NCBI GenBank assembly: GCA_041663005.1
Contig: JBAZRK010000001.1
Span: forward strand, 222,734-286,733
Length of the DNA stretch: 64,000 bases
Direction of reading: 5' to 3'
DNA from: Minisyncoccota bacterium
GTDB taxonomy: Bacteria > Patescibacteriota > Minisyncoccia > Phycocordibacterales > UBA9973
Every line of letters starts with the position of its first letter. Position 1 is the stretch's first letter. Position numbers and translations under genes: made by a program. Below the pieces are notes generated by a model that saw nothing but the letters and a program-made list of their open reading frames with translations, did no database searches and was not told the origin of the DNA. Shown here one piece after another: positions 19,735 to 29,435 of this stretch.

Positions 19735-20721
19735 TCAGGACCACTCTTGCTGGTCGAGAAATTCGATAAACTTTTCAGTATTATTTTCGTTAACGGATTC
19801 CATAGTTAGCTCTCCTATTTTTTTAAATGCGCCCTTACCGAATGTTTTTTCGATCAAGCGTGCCACCTCTAACAATCTCCCGGTAAACATTGCTTTAGAA
19901 AACATTTTAAATACATCTTCGTACGTTCTAAACATCTGGGGATTTTTTAAAAAAATTACTTGAATCAAGGAGACTAAAACCATACGCTCATCATAGTAAG
20001 AATATCTGGCTTCAGTCCATTCTAATTCTGAAGTTAATTCCTGTAAAGGATCCACCCTTGTAATGTCAGGAAAAATATATGCAGATTTTCTATTATTTCT
20101 GTATCGACTAAATTGTTCATTGGTTACCGATATCTCTGATAAAAATCTTTCACAGAATCTCTTTGCAAGTTCTTCGGTTATAGCCTCATTTAAAAATTCA
20201 AAAAAAGCATTTTGATTCTCTTGGGCATTTTTACCATCATATAGAGAAAACCCAAATCTTCGTTTTTGTGCCTCAACCCCAGCGGTTACGGTAAGGCTTT
20301 GGAAAGAATTGGCATGCATCAATTCGTGAACTAAAATCTTCGCAGTCGCCACAATATTTTCTGGATTTGATAGTGCTTCTATTCTACCGTTTAGCTCATT
20401 ATACCCACCTTGAACGCCTTTTTCCAAAAATGCTTGAACTCTTTCTTCGTGTGCAGCAGAAGCGTCTAACATATGAATTTGTTTTGGTAAAGTAACCTTA
20501 GTCGCTTCCGCTCCGTATTCCGAAATAAAATTGGGGATTCTTGTTAAAATATCTTCCACTAGACTGTTTTCTTCGAGTGTCTTTGGGCGTTCGTATTCTT
20601 CTATTTTTTGATTAAAGAGAATCTTGGCGGCAACATACTCCCGTAGATTCGCCTCCGTATTTTTTTTACCTCCGACAACCCTATTCGGTCCCGGCATATT
20701 GATATTTTGTGATTCCTTCAT
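19735..20721 (-). CDS. Hypothetical HExxH (zincin-like) protein
   Basis: Only the HELMH motif is recognisable. Confidence 0.55.
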   Translation of the reverse strand: MKESQNINMPGPNRVVGGKKNTEANLREYVAAKILFNQKIEEYERPKTLEENSLVEDILTRIPNFISEYGAEATKVTLPKQIHMLDASAAHEERVQAFLEKGVQGGYNELNGRIEALSNPENIVATAKILVHELMHANSFQSLTVTAGVEAQKRRFGFSLYDGKNAQENQNAFFEFLNEAITEELAKRFCERFLSEISVTNEQFSRYRNNRKSAYIFPDITRVDPLQELTSELEWTEARYSYYDERMVLVSLIQVIFLKNPQMFRTYEDVFKMFSKAMFTGRLLEVARLIEKTFGKGAFKKIGELTMESVNENNTEKFIEFLDQQEWS

Positions 20722-20750
20722 ACCTTAAATGGTTTAAATTATCAGAAAGT

Positions 20751-21323
20751 TTAATTCGCCTCCTCTCCTGCCACTTTCTTTGTTTCTTCCTCGAGATTCT
20801 TTGTGGCAACTTCTATTTCATTATTTACTCCAAAATAATCCGGTAGTTCTTCTACCGAGCGTACACCCATATAAGAAAGCATTTCGAAACTTGGTTTGTA
20901 AATATATCGCCTGCTGTCCTTAGGATCGAGCGTTTTCTCAACCAAGCCCCGAACTGAAAGCGCCCGCAAGGTAAAGCTTGAATTTACACCTCTAATATAA
21001 TCAATCTCTGCTCGGCTGGCGCCACCTCTATAGAGAATAATTGAAAGCGTTTCGAGCGAAGCCTTGGATAATTCTTTATTGAGTTCTTCTTTCTGTAGGT
21101 CTTCGATGAGTGAGCTTAGTTCGGGGGTTGTGCCGAGAGTAATTTCATCTCCATTCTCTACAAGCGCCACTCCCCTGTTCGACAAGCTACTTTTAAGCGC
21201 AATAATAGCCTCGGCAATTTCTTCCCTGGAAACTTTCAAAAGTACTTCTAATTTCTTTAGATTTATCGGCTCGCCTTTGAAAAAAAGCACCGCTTCAATT
21301 TTTGTTTCTAAATTATTGTTCAT
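20751..21323 (-). CDS. scpB: Segregation and condensation protein B
   Basis: ScpB winged-helix pair LETLSIILYRGGASRAEIDYIRG. Confidence 0.85.
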   Translation of the reverse strand: MNNNLETKIEAVLFFKGEPINLKKLEVLLKVSREEIAEAIIALKSSLSNRGVALVENGDEITLGTTPELSSLIEDLQKEELNKELSKASLETLSIILYRGGASRAEIDYIRGVNSSFTLRALSVRGLVEKTLDPKDSRRYIYKPSFEMLSYMGVRSVEELPDYFGVNNEIEVATKNLEEETKKVAGEEAN

Positions 21324-22095
21324 TGTTTTCGGTCGTTAGCTCTTCGTTTGTTCCTGTCTCTTGGACGGGCCCCCCCGCCATTTTCTCCATAATAATATCG
21401 CCGTTGTGGCTTTCCTGAATGGCGTCAATAAGCCCCTGCCTCACCAGCTCAAGCATAGCAAGAAATCCCACAATTACAACTACCTTCTCTTCTTTGCTGG
21501 TCCCAGCCTGACCGTGTAAATCCCTGAAACTCATTTTAAGTGAAGTCTGTATGCGCCCACTTAAGCTTTCAATCATTTCTTCGATGCTGATGACCTTCCT
21601 TACCTCCACCCCCGGCATAAATGTCTTCTTCGGTATCGAACCTAAAACATCCTTAACGAAAACCATCATAGACTCGCGCGTGATTTGCTCGTCGGGTAAG
21701 AAAACCACAATGCCTTGCCGGCGTTCCTCGGGTGCAAAAATAATTTGCTTGCCAAAGGTAGTTTTAATGTTGCCGCCGAGTCTAGTGAAAAGTTCGTAGA
21801 GCCGGAGCCGTTCCTCCAAGCTCTTGATGTCACCTTCTTCGTCAGAGGTTAGGGGTAAAGACGGCAGCAATGATTTGGATTTAATTAAAAGGAGCGTAGA
21901 CGCCACAACCAAAAAGCTCGATACTTGAGCCGGCTTTAGGCCACCAATCTCTCGCATATATTTCAAATAATCCTCTGTGACGTCAGCCAGAGATACATCA
22001 CTTATGTGCAATTTCCTTTTCTCAATGAGGTCAAGGAGTAGCCCAAACGGACCCTCGAAACCAGAGACCTTTATTTGATATGTATCCGTTTCCAC
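21313..22095 (-). CDS. scpA: Segregation and condensation protein A
   Basis: Kleisin-like ScpA. Overlaps scpB as in the conserved scpAB pair. Confidence 0.8.
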   Translation of the reverse strand: METDTYQIKVSGFEGPFGLLLDLIEKRKLHISDVSLADVTEDYLKYMREIGGLKPAQVSSFLVVASTLLLIKSKSLLPSLPLTSDEEGDIKSLEERLRLYELFTRLGGNIKTTFGKQIIFAPEERRQGIVVFLPDEQITRESMMVFVKDVLGSIPKKTFMPGVEVRKVISIEEMIESLSGRIQTSLKMSFRDLHGQAGTSKEEKVVVIVGFLAMLELVRQGLIDAIQESHNGDIIMEKMAGGPVQETGTNEELTTENNEQ

Positions 22096-22141
22096 CTTTA
22101 TATATTAGCATTTTTTACAGAAAAAGATATACTAAAATATC

Positions 22142-24697
22142 ATGAGAAATAAGTCCGTACGCCTGTCTAAAAAAGTCATTCCGACTAAATATAAACTTGA
22201 ACTCAAGCCCGACTTGGAGAATTTTACCTTCTCCGGCCGAGAAAGCATTTCTGTTAATGTTTTACAAAAAACTAAAACAATAACCCTGCACAGTAAAGAG
22301 ATAGACATCGAAACCGCAGACTTAACTATCAAGAATGAGAAAATATTTGGGAAAATTTCTTACGATAAGAAATCCGATACGGCAACCTTCACATTTCCTC
22401 AGCTTATCCCTCCGGGGAAATACGAGCTAACTTTAGTTTTTCAGGGAATTCTTAACGATAAAATGCGGGGATTTTACAGAAGTAAATATAATGTGAGGGG
22501 AAAGGCTTTTCATATGGCTACCACCCAATTCGAAGCCACCGACGCCCGCCGTGCTTTTCCCTGCTTTGATGAGCCAGCCCAGAAAGCTGTCTTCCACGTG
22601 TCTCTGGTTGTGCCCCGCGGCAAAACCGCTATTTCGAACACCCTGCCGATATCAGTCAAAGAGCACGAGGCTGGCTTTGATACTATTGAGTTTGCGCCCA
22701 CACCGAAAATGTCTACTTATCTTTTGGCCTTCATTGTGGGAGATTTGGAATATGTAGAAAAGAAATCTCGCGGCCGTGCCGTACGTGTCTGGACAACTCA
22801 CGGGAAATCTCATCAAGCACATTTTGCTCTCGACTGCGCGGTGAAAACTTTGGAATTTTATGAAAAATATTTTGATATAAAGTTTCCTCTCCCGACACTC
22901 GATATGATAGCCATCCCAGATTTTTCTTCCGGAGCAATGGAGAACTGGGGCGCGATAACTTATCGCGAAAGCGCGCTATTGGTGGACCCTCATCACTCCA
23001 GCGTCGGGAACAAGCAATGGGTCGCGCTTGTCGTCGCCCATGAGCTGGCGCACCAATGGTTCGGTAACCTTGTAACAATGGAATGGTGGACACACTTGTG
23101 GCTCAACGAAGGCTTCGCTTCCTATATCGAATACTTGGCCGTAGATAAACTCTTCCCGAAGTGGGACATCTGGACCCAATTTATGACTGATGATATGGGC
23201 CGCTCCCTTCGCCTCGATGCTCTCGCCAGCACTCACCCGATAGAAGTCGAAGTCCACCACCCGGACGAAATCGGCGAAATCTTTGACGAAGTATCTTATT
23301 CCAAGGGCGCTTCGCTCATTCGTATGCTTGCAGGCTACCTGGGTGAGCGAAATTTCCGCGACGGCCTGCGTCACTATTTGAAAAAGCACAGCTATAAAAA
23401 CACGTCTACAATTCATCTCTGGGAAGCTTTTGAAAAGGTTTCGGGTAAACCCGTAGCCAAAATGATGAAAAATTGGACCGGCAAGCCGGGATACCCAGTA
23501 GTGCGAGTAAGCGCGCTTGGGCTCTCGCAAGAGCGCTTTTTTGCAAGTCCTATATCTGCTAAAAAGGCAAAAGATAAAACAATCTGGCAAATCTCCGTCC
23601 AAAATATGAAAACAAACTTTTTAAGGGGTTTGGCGAGCGACGGCGAGCCAACTTCAGGAATTTTTAAGCTTAAAAAATTTCGTACCGACAAAAAGTTTAG
23701 TTTTCATAATTATATAAAACTGAATTTTGGCGAAACTGGATTTTACAGAACCGCGTACTCGAAAGAATTACTAGAGAAGCTGTATGAGCCAATACAGAAT
23801 AAAAATTTTAGTTCCAGAGACAGACTAGGAATAATTCGAGATCTTTTTGCTTTAGCTGAGGCAGGTACAATACCTACTACTGACGCATTAGAATTTCTAG
23901 ATGCCTATAAAAATGAGGACAATTACACTGTCTGGCTCGAGGTTGCGAACGGCCTTGCTCGCCTGCGCCAACTCTTGGCGAAAACACCAGTTAGCGAAAA
24001 GGTAACCGTCTTCACTATGCGACTTTTTTCTTCACTGGCAGAAAAGATGGGCTGGGCAAAGAAAAAAGACGAGCATCATACGGGTGCCCTGCTCCGCTCG
24101 CTCGCTATTGATCAAGCGGGACAAGCTGGAGACAAAGAAATAATTAGAGAAGCTCGCAAGAAGTTCAATTCTCCTAACATCCCACCTGATATTCGCGGCG
24201 CAGTTTATTCCGTTGTGGCTACCCACGGAGGAGTAAAAGAATTCAATCAATTTATTGCTAAATATAAAAAGGAAACTCTCCACGAAGAAAAGAATCGCTT
24301 GGGCTCGGCGCTAGGCGATTTTAAAAATGAAAATCTTTTGCTGCAAGCTTGCGAATTTGCTATGTCCTCTAACGTTCGTCCGCAGGACACTGTAGGCATT
24401 CTCTCTTCAGTCGGAGCGAACTCCGTGGGCCGAGATATTTGGTGGAATTTTATGAAAAAGAATTGGAAAACCCTGGTCTCTCGCTATGGCGAAGGCGGCC
24501 TCACGCTCGGCCGCGCAATGAAAGCTATAGGAGGCAGTGCCGAGCCTAAGCATTTAGCTGATATAAGAAAATTTTTCAAGACCCACCCTGCCCCCGGCGC
24601 TAAGCGCTCCATCGAGCAAGTGCTCGAACGCCTCGAAGGCAACATCGCCTGGCTGAAAAGAGATGGAGAAATTATTGCGGAGTTTTTGAATCGATAA
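22142..24697 (+). CDS. pepN: M1-family aminopeptidase N
   Basis: GAMENWG and HELAHQWFGN...LWLNEG. Confidence 0.9.
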   Translation: MRNKSVRLSKKVIPTKYKLELKPDLENFTFSGRESISVNVLQKTKTITLHSKEIDIETADLTIKNEKIFGKISYDKKSDTATFTFPQLIPPGKYELTLVFQGILNDKMRGFYRSKYNVRGKAFHMATTQFEATDARRAFPCFDEPAQKAVFHVSLVVPRGKTAISNTLPISVKEHEAGFDTIEFAPTPKMSTYLLAFIVGDLEYVEKKSRGRAVRVWTTHGKSHQAHFALDCAVKTLEFYEKYFDIKFPLPTLDMIAIPDFSSGAMENWGAITYRESALLVDPHHSSVGNKQWVALVVAHELAHQWFGNLVTMEWWTHLWLNEGFASYIEYLAVDKLFPKWDIWTQFMTDDMGRSLRLDALASTHPIEVEVHHPDEIGEIFDEVSYSKGASLIRMLAGYLGERNFRDGLRHYLKKHSYKNTSTIHLWEAFEKVSGKPVAKMMKNWTGKPGYPVVRVSALGLSQERFFASPISAKKAKDKTIWQISVQNMKTNFLRGLASDGEPTSGIFKLKKFRTDKKFSFHNYIKLNFGETGFYRTAYSKELLEKLYEPIQNKNFSSRDRLGIIRDLFALAEAGTIPTTDALEFLDAYKNEDNYTVWLEVANGLARLRQLLAKTPVSEKVTVFTMRLFSSLAEKMGWAKKKDEHHTGALLRSLAIDQAGQAGDKEIIREARKKFNSPNIPPDIRGAVYSVVATHGGVKEFNQFIAKYKKETLHEEKNRLGSALGDFKNENLLLQACEFAMSSNVRPQDTVGILSSVGANSVGRDIWWNFMKKNWKTLVSRYGEGGLTLGRAMKAIGGSAEPKHLADIRKFFKTHPAPGAKRSIEQVLERLEGNIAWLKRDGEIIAEFLNR

Positions 24698-25100
24698 AAA
24701 TTTGATTGTCTAGAAATGCTTTGATGCGGCGCTTGTGAGAATCGAAAATGTTGTCCGGTAGTTTATCTAAATCTAACCACTCCCAGCCATAACATTTATC
24801 CGGCTCCATTAAGCTCGGCTCCCCTTCTATGTTTTGAGCTAAAAAGCTGACATGAACATAGTGTTTATCACCACTAGAATCGTGCCCCATATTTAAGAAT
24901 GTAAAAGAGTCGCAGGTTAATCCAGTTTCTTCGAGAAGCTCCCTTGCGACGGCTTGTATCATTCCTTCATTGTGCTCCAGATGTCCACCCGGAAGTCCCC
25001 ATTCGCCCTCCCCTGCGCTGTTTTTCCTTTTCCCTAGAAGTATTTTATTATCCTTTATAACGAACGCGTTAACCCCCACGAGGAAGGAATCTCTGTTCAT
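24672..25100 (-). CDS. Nudix hydrolase
   Basis: Nudix box GGHLEHNEGMIQAVARELLEETG. Confidence 0.8.
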   Translation of the reverse strand: MNRDSFLVGVNAFVIKDNKILLGKRKNSAGEGEWGLPGGHLEHNEGMIQAVARELLEETGLTCDSFTFLNMGHDSSGDKHYVHVSFLAQNIEGEPSLMEPDKCYGWEWLDLDKLPDNIFDSHKRRIKAFLDNQIFIDSKTPQ

Positions 25101-25115
25101 AGAATGATTATATCA

Positions 25116-25622
25116 CTATAGCGAATTTATAAAATTACGAATCTCTTTGAAAGACGAGAGAGTTACCGTCTTTTCTTTGTGAGGCGAGATAAATTCGTGA
25201 ATTGTCGGGTACCCTTTACGATAGCCTATGCTATACCTTTTATAGAAAACATGACGCATAAGTTCGAAAAGTCCACCGACGGTTTCGTTGTCTCGATGGA
25301 AATGCCTTTTGATTAAATAGAGCCACTGAGCAAAAATATTTTTGTGGGTAAGGAATATCACCACATCCGCCGCATCGAGGCCCGGCTCGACCATCCACTC
25401 GGTCGTGCCCTCCACGATCCACTTGTCGCTCTCGTAAACTTTCGAAATCTTCGACAGGCTCTCTTCCCGGCTACGCATTTTCGTAAACTTTATTTCGTAA
25501 TAAAAGTCGTCGGTAGAAAAATACGGTATGCCTAGTTTTTTCTCAAGCTTGCCTGCCAACGTGGTTTTACCTCGTCCCGCATCCCCAGTAATAATGATTT
25601 TTCTTATATTTTGCTTGTCCAC
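25116..25622 (-). CDS. P-loop nucleoside/nucleotide kinase-like protein
   Basis: ITGDAGRGKTTLAGKL Walker A. 168 aa. Confidence 0.55.
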   Translation of the reverse strand: MDKQNIRKIIITGDAGRGKTTLAGKLEKKLGIPYFSTDDFYYEIKFTKMRSREESLSKISKVYESDKWIVEGTTEWMVEPGLDAADVVIFLTHKNIFAQWLYLIKRHFHRDNETVGGLFELMRHVFYKRYSIGYRKGYPTIHEFISPHKEKTVTLSSFKEIRNFINSL

Positions 25623-25691
25623 ACTTAAATTATATCATATCGAGCCCGGGGTAATGAGTTATCCACAGCCGAGCTTGGTACTTTACTTGAC

Positions 25692-25705
25692 TAAAGTACT
25701 TTAGT
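25692..25705. promoter_or_regulatory. Perfect 14-bp palindrome CTAAAGTACTTTAG with flanking half-site repeats. Candidate operator of the adjacent TrpR-like gene.
   Basis: Read directly. Lies about 17 nt upstream of the start codon. Flanked by tactttacttgac and tttgctaaagtgg partial copies. Confidence 0.4.
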
Positions 25706-25721
25706 TTGCTAAAGTGGAGAT

Positions 25722-26138
25722 ATGAGTAAAGGTGTGAATAAAAATGCAGAGGTTAAGACAGTTAGAATGGTGACCGAAATTGGCACAGATACTGACTGGA
25801 ATACAAAAACCGGCAAACAGCTCGTGGAGGCACTTTTAGCGCTTGAGACTCCCGACGAAGCCAAGCGTTTTCTTCGTGACCTTCTAACTCCCGCGGAAAT
25901 AAAAGAATTCGCTAGTCGTCTTGAAGCCGCTCGTTTGCTCTCTCGCGATGTGCAGTACAATGCCATAAGTGAATCTACGGGTCTCTCTTCTGCTACCATC
26001 GCCCGCATTGCCAAGTGGCTCAATGGCTCTCTCGGCGGCTATCGCTTAGTAATTTCACGCCTTCCTTCGACATCGCTCAGGACAAGTCACCACAACAACT
26101 CTTCCCCACAACGGAAAGGGTTGCGTTTGAGCTCGTAA
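25722..26138 (+). CDS. TrpR-like YerC/YecD-family DNA-binding protein. The C-terminal ~35 aa may be read-through tail.
   Basis: LLTPAEIKEFASRLEAARLL...YNAISESTGLSSATIARI matches the YerC/YecD TrpR-related pattern. Confidence 0.6.
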   Translation: MSKGVNKNAEVKTVRMVTEIGTDTDWNTKTGKQLVEALLALETPDEAKRFLRDLLTPAEIKEFASRLEAARLLSRDVQYNAISESTGLSSATIARIAKWLNGSLGGYRLVISRLPSTSLRTSHHNNSSPQRKGLRLSS

Positions 26139-26156
26139 TTTATTCTATTTCGAACT

Positions 26157-26186
26157 TAACCCCTTCCGTCGTGGAAGGGGTTTTGC
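26157..26186 (+). terminator. GC-rich hairpin ccccttcc-gtcgt-ggaagggg followed by tttt. It marks the boundary of the GC-rich islet.
   Basis: 8-bp perfect stem and a T-run, read directly. Confidence 0.4.
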
Positions 26187-26233
26187 GTTTACCCTAAAAC
26201 GCAGACGATTTTGTTCTTTGACAAGGAGGTCAG

Positions 26234-26515
26234 ATGTCAAACCCCGCCGAAGTGTACATTCTCTCAGAGTTAGAACGCGAGGAGCTGCTCGCCCCCATTC
26301 AAAATCACAATCATTGCTGGGGGGCACTCGCAGAGCAGATTCTCGGGGACGCAGTCAGGGAACGCACCCAGAATTGGTGTGCGAAATCTCGCGCACATGA
26401 GCATGAGTGGGTTTACCCGCGCATGGAGGACAGCATCGACAGGCAGCGAAACGAGGTGCGAACCTACTGCCGTTTTTGTTTTACCAATAAAGGAGGACCA
26501 TATGTGGGAAAGTAA
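26234..26515 (+). CDS. Small cysteine/histidine-containing hypothetical protein (93 aa) in the GC-rich islet
   Basis: Strong SD aaggagg 6 nt upstream. Local GC is visibly above the window background. Confidence 0.45.
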   Translation: MSNPAEVYILSELEREELLAPIQNHNHCWGALAEQILGDAVRERTQNWCAKSRAHEHEWVYPRMEDSIDRQRNEVRTYCRFCFTNKGGPYVGK

Positions 26516-26702
26516 TGAGTTAGTGTGGAAAAATAAAAATGGAGAGACTGTAATCGTTTGCCCTAAGTGTGGGAACTGGAGATTTATCGCGACCATTACT
26601 TGCCAGTCGAAACAGCAATGCCACAAAGGTTACCCATATGAAGAAAAAAGCTGGTGCGGAAGATGCGACTATGTCTGGACCAGTTCGAGGAAGTACAAAT
26701 AA
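26502..26702 (+). CDS. Small zinc-ribbon protein (66 aa, CPKCG ... CGRC). It overlaps the 3' end of the previous ORF.
   Basis: SD aaaggagg precedes the ATG. Two CxxC pairs are present. Confidence 0.45.
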   Translation: MWESNELVWKNKNGETVIVCPKCGNWRFIATITCQSKQQCHKGYPYEEKSWCGRCDYVWTSSRKYK

Positions 26703-26770
26703 AAACATCGCGCCTGACGAGCGCAAAAGAGGACGTAGCAAGTTTGGAAGACAACTACTACGCCCTTTTT

Positions 26771-27115
26771 TTATTTACTTGCGTCTACTTTGGCGGCGAG
26801 GATGAAGTCGTTTTCGGAGAGACCGCCGATGGCATGCGTAGAAAGGATTAATTTCACTTTATTATATTTTATTTTTATGTCTGGATGATGTCCTTCAGCT
26901 TCCGCAATCTCGGCAACGTGGTTGACGAAGTTTATTGCGCCGATAAAATCCTGGAATTTATATTTCTTTATTATTTCTTTCCCGTCCTCTGACAGTTCCC
27001 AGCCGGAGACCATATGCATATACTTCTCCGCCTCCTCCTTATCGAGTGGTAGGGCTCCGCCTTCGCACGGCACACATTTTTTATTTAGCAAATTTTTTTC
27101 TTTCTCGTTAGACAT
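26771..27115 (-). CDS. Pterin-4a-carbinolamine dehydratase
   Basis: EGHHPDIKIKYNKVKLILSTH...ENDF matches the PCD/DCoH signature. Confidence 0.85.
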   Translation of the reverse strand: MSNEKEKNLLNKKCVPCEGGALPLDKEEAEKYMHMVSGWELSEDGKEIIKKYKFQDFIGAINFVNHVAEIAEAEGHHPDIKIKYNKVKLILSTHAIGGLSENDFILAAKVDASK

Positions 27116-28040
27116 TTAGATTTTCTCTTAACTTAGCAATTTTATATATACTAAATACTAAGACGATAGCCGCGACCCATTGTGACAAAGAAAGTACGGT
27201 GTGATTTATCGCAAAATCCAAAAGGATTGCCACGAAAGGAAAAGTGAGCTCAAGAATAGTAGAAATATGCACGGGAGTTTTCGCCAGACCTTTGTAATAA
27301 ATCAGGAGTGCTACCATTCCGGTCGAAATAGCAATAAGTGCCAGGAATCCAAACTGCGATACATTCGGCACTGAAAATGATTCCCCTGTTCGCCCAAACC
27401 AGACCAACAACGGCAAGGAAATTATCAAGGTGATTAAAAATCGATAAAAAGTACCAACCTTGAAGTCCACTCGCCCCAAAAGCATTTTAGAAAACGTAGT
27501 GGATGAACCCCAGGCAAATGCTGCGCCGAGAGCGTAGAACGCTGCGATAGCTGTCCCCTCGCCTGTCTCCAGATTCACGACGCCGTTCGGGAAAGTGACA
27601 AAATAGGCGGCTAGAAGTGCAAGCACCGCCCATTTGATATATCTTTTATCCAATTTTTCTTTCAAAAAGATGCGAGCAGTAGTGATGGCAAATATCGGCT
27701 GAAGTTTTTGCAGTAAAAATACGACAGATATAGTTATAAAGTGAACCTTGCCAAGCGCGGTCGTAAACCAGAGTGTACCGAAAAGTCCACTCAAAATTGC
27801 AATCAAGATAATGAGCCACCATTCACGCGAAGTTAACTTGGTCTGCCACACATATTTCAACACAAATGGCGATAAGATCAGTAGACCTATTAGGTGTTCG
27901 AAGAAAATTATCGTAATTGGCGGGAGCGTGTAGAGATGCTGACGAATGAGCCCGTCGAAGGCCCACAAGAGCGCGGCGATGATTATAAAAATGGGACCCT
28001 TATAATTTTTCATTTTGTTATTATACTTGATATAGTCCAA
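27108..28040 (-). CDS. EamA/DMT-family transporter
   Basis: Ten predicted TM segments with duplicated EamA-like halves. Confidence 0.75.
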   Translation of the reverse strand: MDYIKYNNKMKNYKGPIFIIIAALLWAFDGLIRQHLYTLPPITIIFFEHLIGLLILSPFVLKYVWQTKLTSREWWLIILIAILSGLFGTLWFTTALGKVHFITISVVFLLQKLQPIFAITTARIFLKEKLDKRYIKWAVLALLAAYFVTFPNGVVNLETGEGTAIAAFYALGAAFAWGSSTTFSKMLLGRVDFKVGTFYRFLITLIISLPLLVWFGRTGESFSVPNVSQFGFLALIAISTGMVALLIYYKGLAKTPVHISTILELTFPFVAILLDFAINHTVLSLSQWVAAIVLVFSIYKIAKLRENLNV

Positions 28041-28071
28041 ACATGAAAACTCCGGATTAGCTCAGGGGGTT

Positions 28072-29085
28072 TTAAAAGGGCTTTTCATTTCGTAGTGTGT
28101 TTTTTAAGGATTGAACCAAACCCCGATTTTTCTGTAAGTAAACTCCTGCTTTTTCTAAAAGATTAAATCTGCTCGCACATGCTTCTAAAATTTGTTTGTA
28201 TTTCTCGTCTCGTGATCCATCCGAAGCAAAGTAAAACCTTGCTGCTTCGGCTATATCTTCAACTTCACCATGATCATTGAGATCCTTATACCTTCTTTCG
28301 CTAGCATACCCAGACATTGTTGTACCATCTTCCTCCATGGCCTTTCTCCACTTCGGACCCGGATGTATGCTGCCAGTGATAGATTTGGCTATATTATGCC
28401 CCAGTTCATGATAAAAGGTTTCCAAGAGTTCTTGCTTGCTTACAATATCCGAATCTACATACAAAATGAGTATTTCTTTTTTAGCAAATAATGATCCTTC
28501 GCTTCTCGCTACCCCCGCCCTATCTTGCGCCTCTCTTTCGATGCGAATTTCACTCACGCAATCCAAAAATTGCGAAGGTAATGCTGATATTAGGTCATCG
28601 ATTAATTCCGAAGTTTCGGGGGATCGATCTTTAAACGCAAGGTCGTAAATTTTTATTTTTTTCTTATAGCCAACACTGTCGTTAACTTGATAAAAATATT
28701 CGTGCGCTTTTACGTTTCTCGGCTCAAGATGAATTTCGCCTGTCAACTCCCCTGGTTCGCCATTTTTTTCTAGCTTTACCACTCGTAATTTATTTCTATC
28801 AACACTCGTAACGACATACATTTCGTTGCCGTGAATATTCATTAGCACTGTCCCCTTCTGGGCATTTTTCACTTGCGTCGGTTGCCAGCCTTCCCGAATG
28901 AGAATATCGGAAGCAGATAATTTCAAAATTGTTTCTTTTCCTGTCTCGAGTCTTACGACAGCGACTCTTTCTATGTTCCGCCCATCTTGACCAATAGCTG
29001 GCAAAGTTGCCATGCTATCCTCGACGGTTTTTCTTTGCACCCTTATTCCTGCTCTTTGTTCAAGAGGTGGTCGATCAAAGTTCAT
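28072..29085 (-). CDS. Hypothetical HExxH protein (putative zincin-like metallopeptidase)
   Basis: FYHELGHNI ... EDIAEAARFYF motifs. No secure family. Confidence 0.55.
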   Translation of the reverse strand: MNFDRPPLEQRAGIRVQRKTVEDSMATLPAIGQDGRNIERVAVVRLETGKETILKLSASDILIREGWQPTQVKNAQKGTVLMNIHGNEMYVVTSVDRNKLRVVKLEKNGEPGELTGEIHLEPRNVKAHEYFYQVNDSVGYKKKIKIYDLAFKDRSPETSELIDDLISALPSQFLDCVSEIRIEREAQDRAGVARSEGSLFAKKEILILYVDSDIVSKQELLETFYHELGHNIAKSITGSIHPGPKWRKAMEEDGTTMSGYASERRYKDLNDHGEVEDIAEAARFYFASDGSRDEKYKQILEACASRFNLLEKAGVYLQKNRGLVQSLKNTLRNEKPF

Positions 29086-29105
29086 GGTTTTACTTAAGAG
29101 GTTAA

Positions 29106-29435
29106 TTAGCAGTATTTTAAATCCTTTTTTATTTGAGCTATCAGCTCTTCTTCGGTGTCAAATTTTTTAAATTCTCGTAAAAATTTATTTATCTGGAGTA
29201 CCACCTCTTTACCATAGGCATCACCGTCATAACCTATCAAATGCGCTTCAATTCTGTCTCCGGGCCCTATTACTATCCCTGCTCGATATGTTTTCCCCTC
29301 TAGAGTTCCTGTTCCTGCATAAACTCCGTTAGGAGGTACATCCTTCGCCTCAGTCTTTAAATTTACTGTAGGAAAACCTATCTTTCTCCCATAGCTATCC
29401 CCTTTCAAAACTTGACCTGAAATTACGTAATTCAT
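29106..29435 (-). CDS. Stand-alone riboflavin kinase domain protein
   Basis: GRKIGFPTVNL ... E.H motif of RFK. 109 aa. Confidence 0.65.
   Translation of the reverse strand: MNYVISGQVLKGDSYGRKIGFPTVNLKTEAKDVPPNGVYAGTGTLEGKTYRAGIVIGPGDRIEAHLIGYDGDAYGKEVVLQINKFLREFKKFDTEEELIAQIKKDLKYC

Noticed and set aside
26015-26400. Several 60-aa ORFs (26015..26197, 26145..26327, 26218..26400) in the GC-rich islet
   Set aside because: They mutually overlap, lack SD sequences, and sit out of frame with the two SD-preceded ORFs. They are probably a GC-rich reading artefact.
28050-28075. tRNA-like D-loop string GGATTAGCTCAGGGGG in the eamA/HExxH intergenic spacer
   Set aside because: No acceptor stem, anticodon arm or T-arm (GTTCRANYC plus complementary stem) could be built on either strand. 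The 3' portion lies inside the HExxH gene's coding end.
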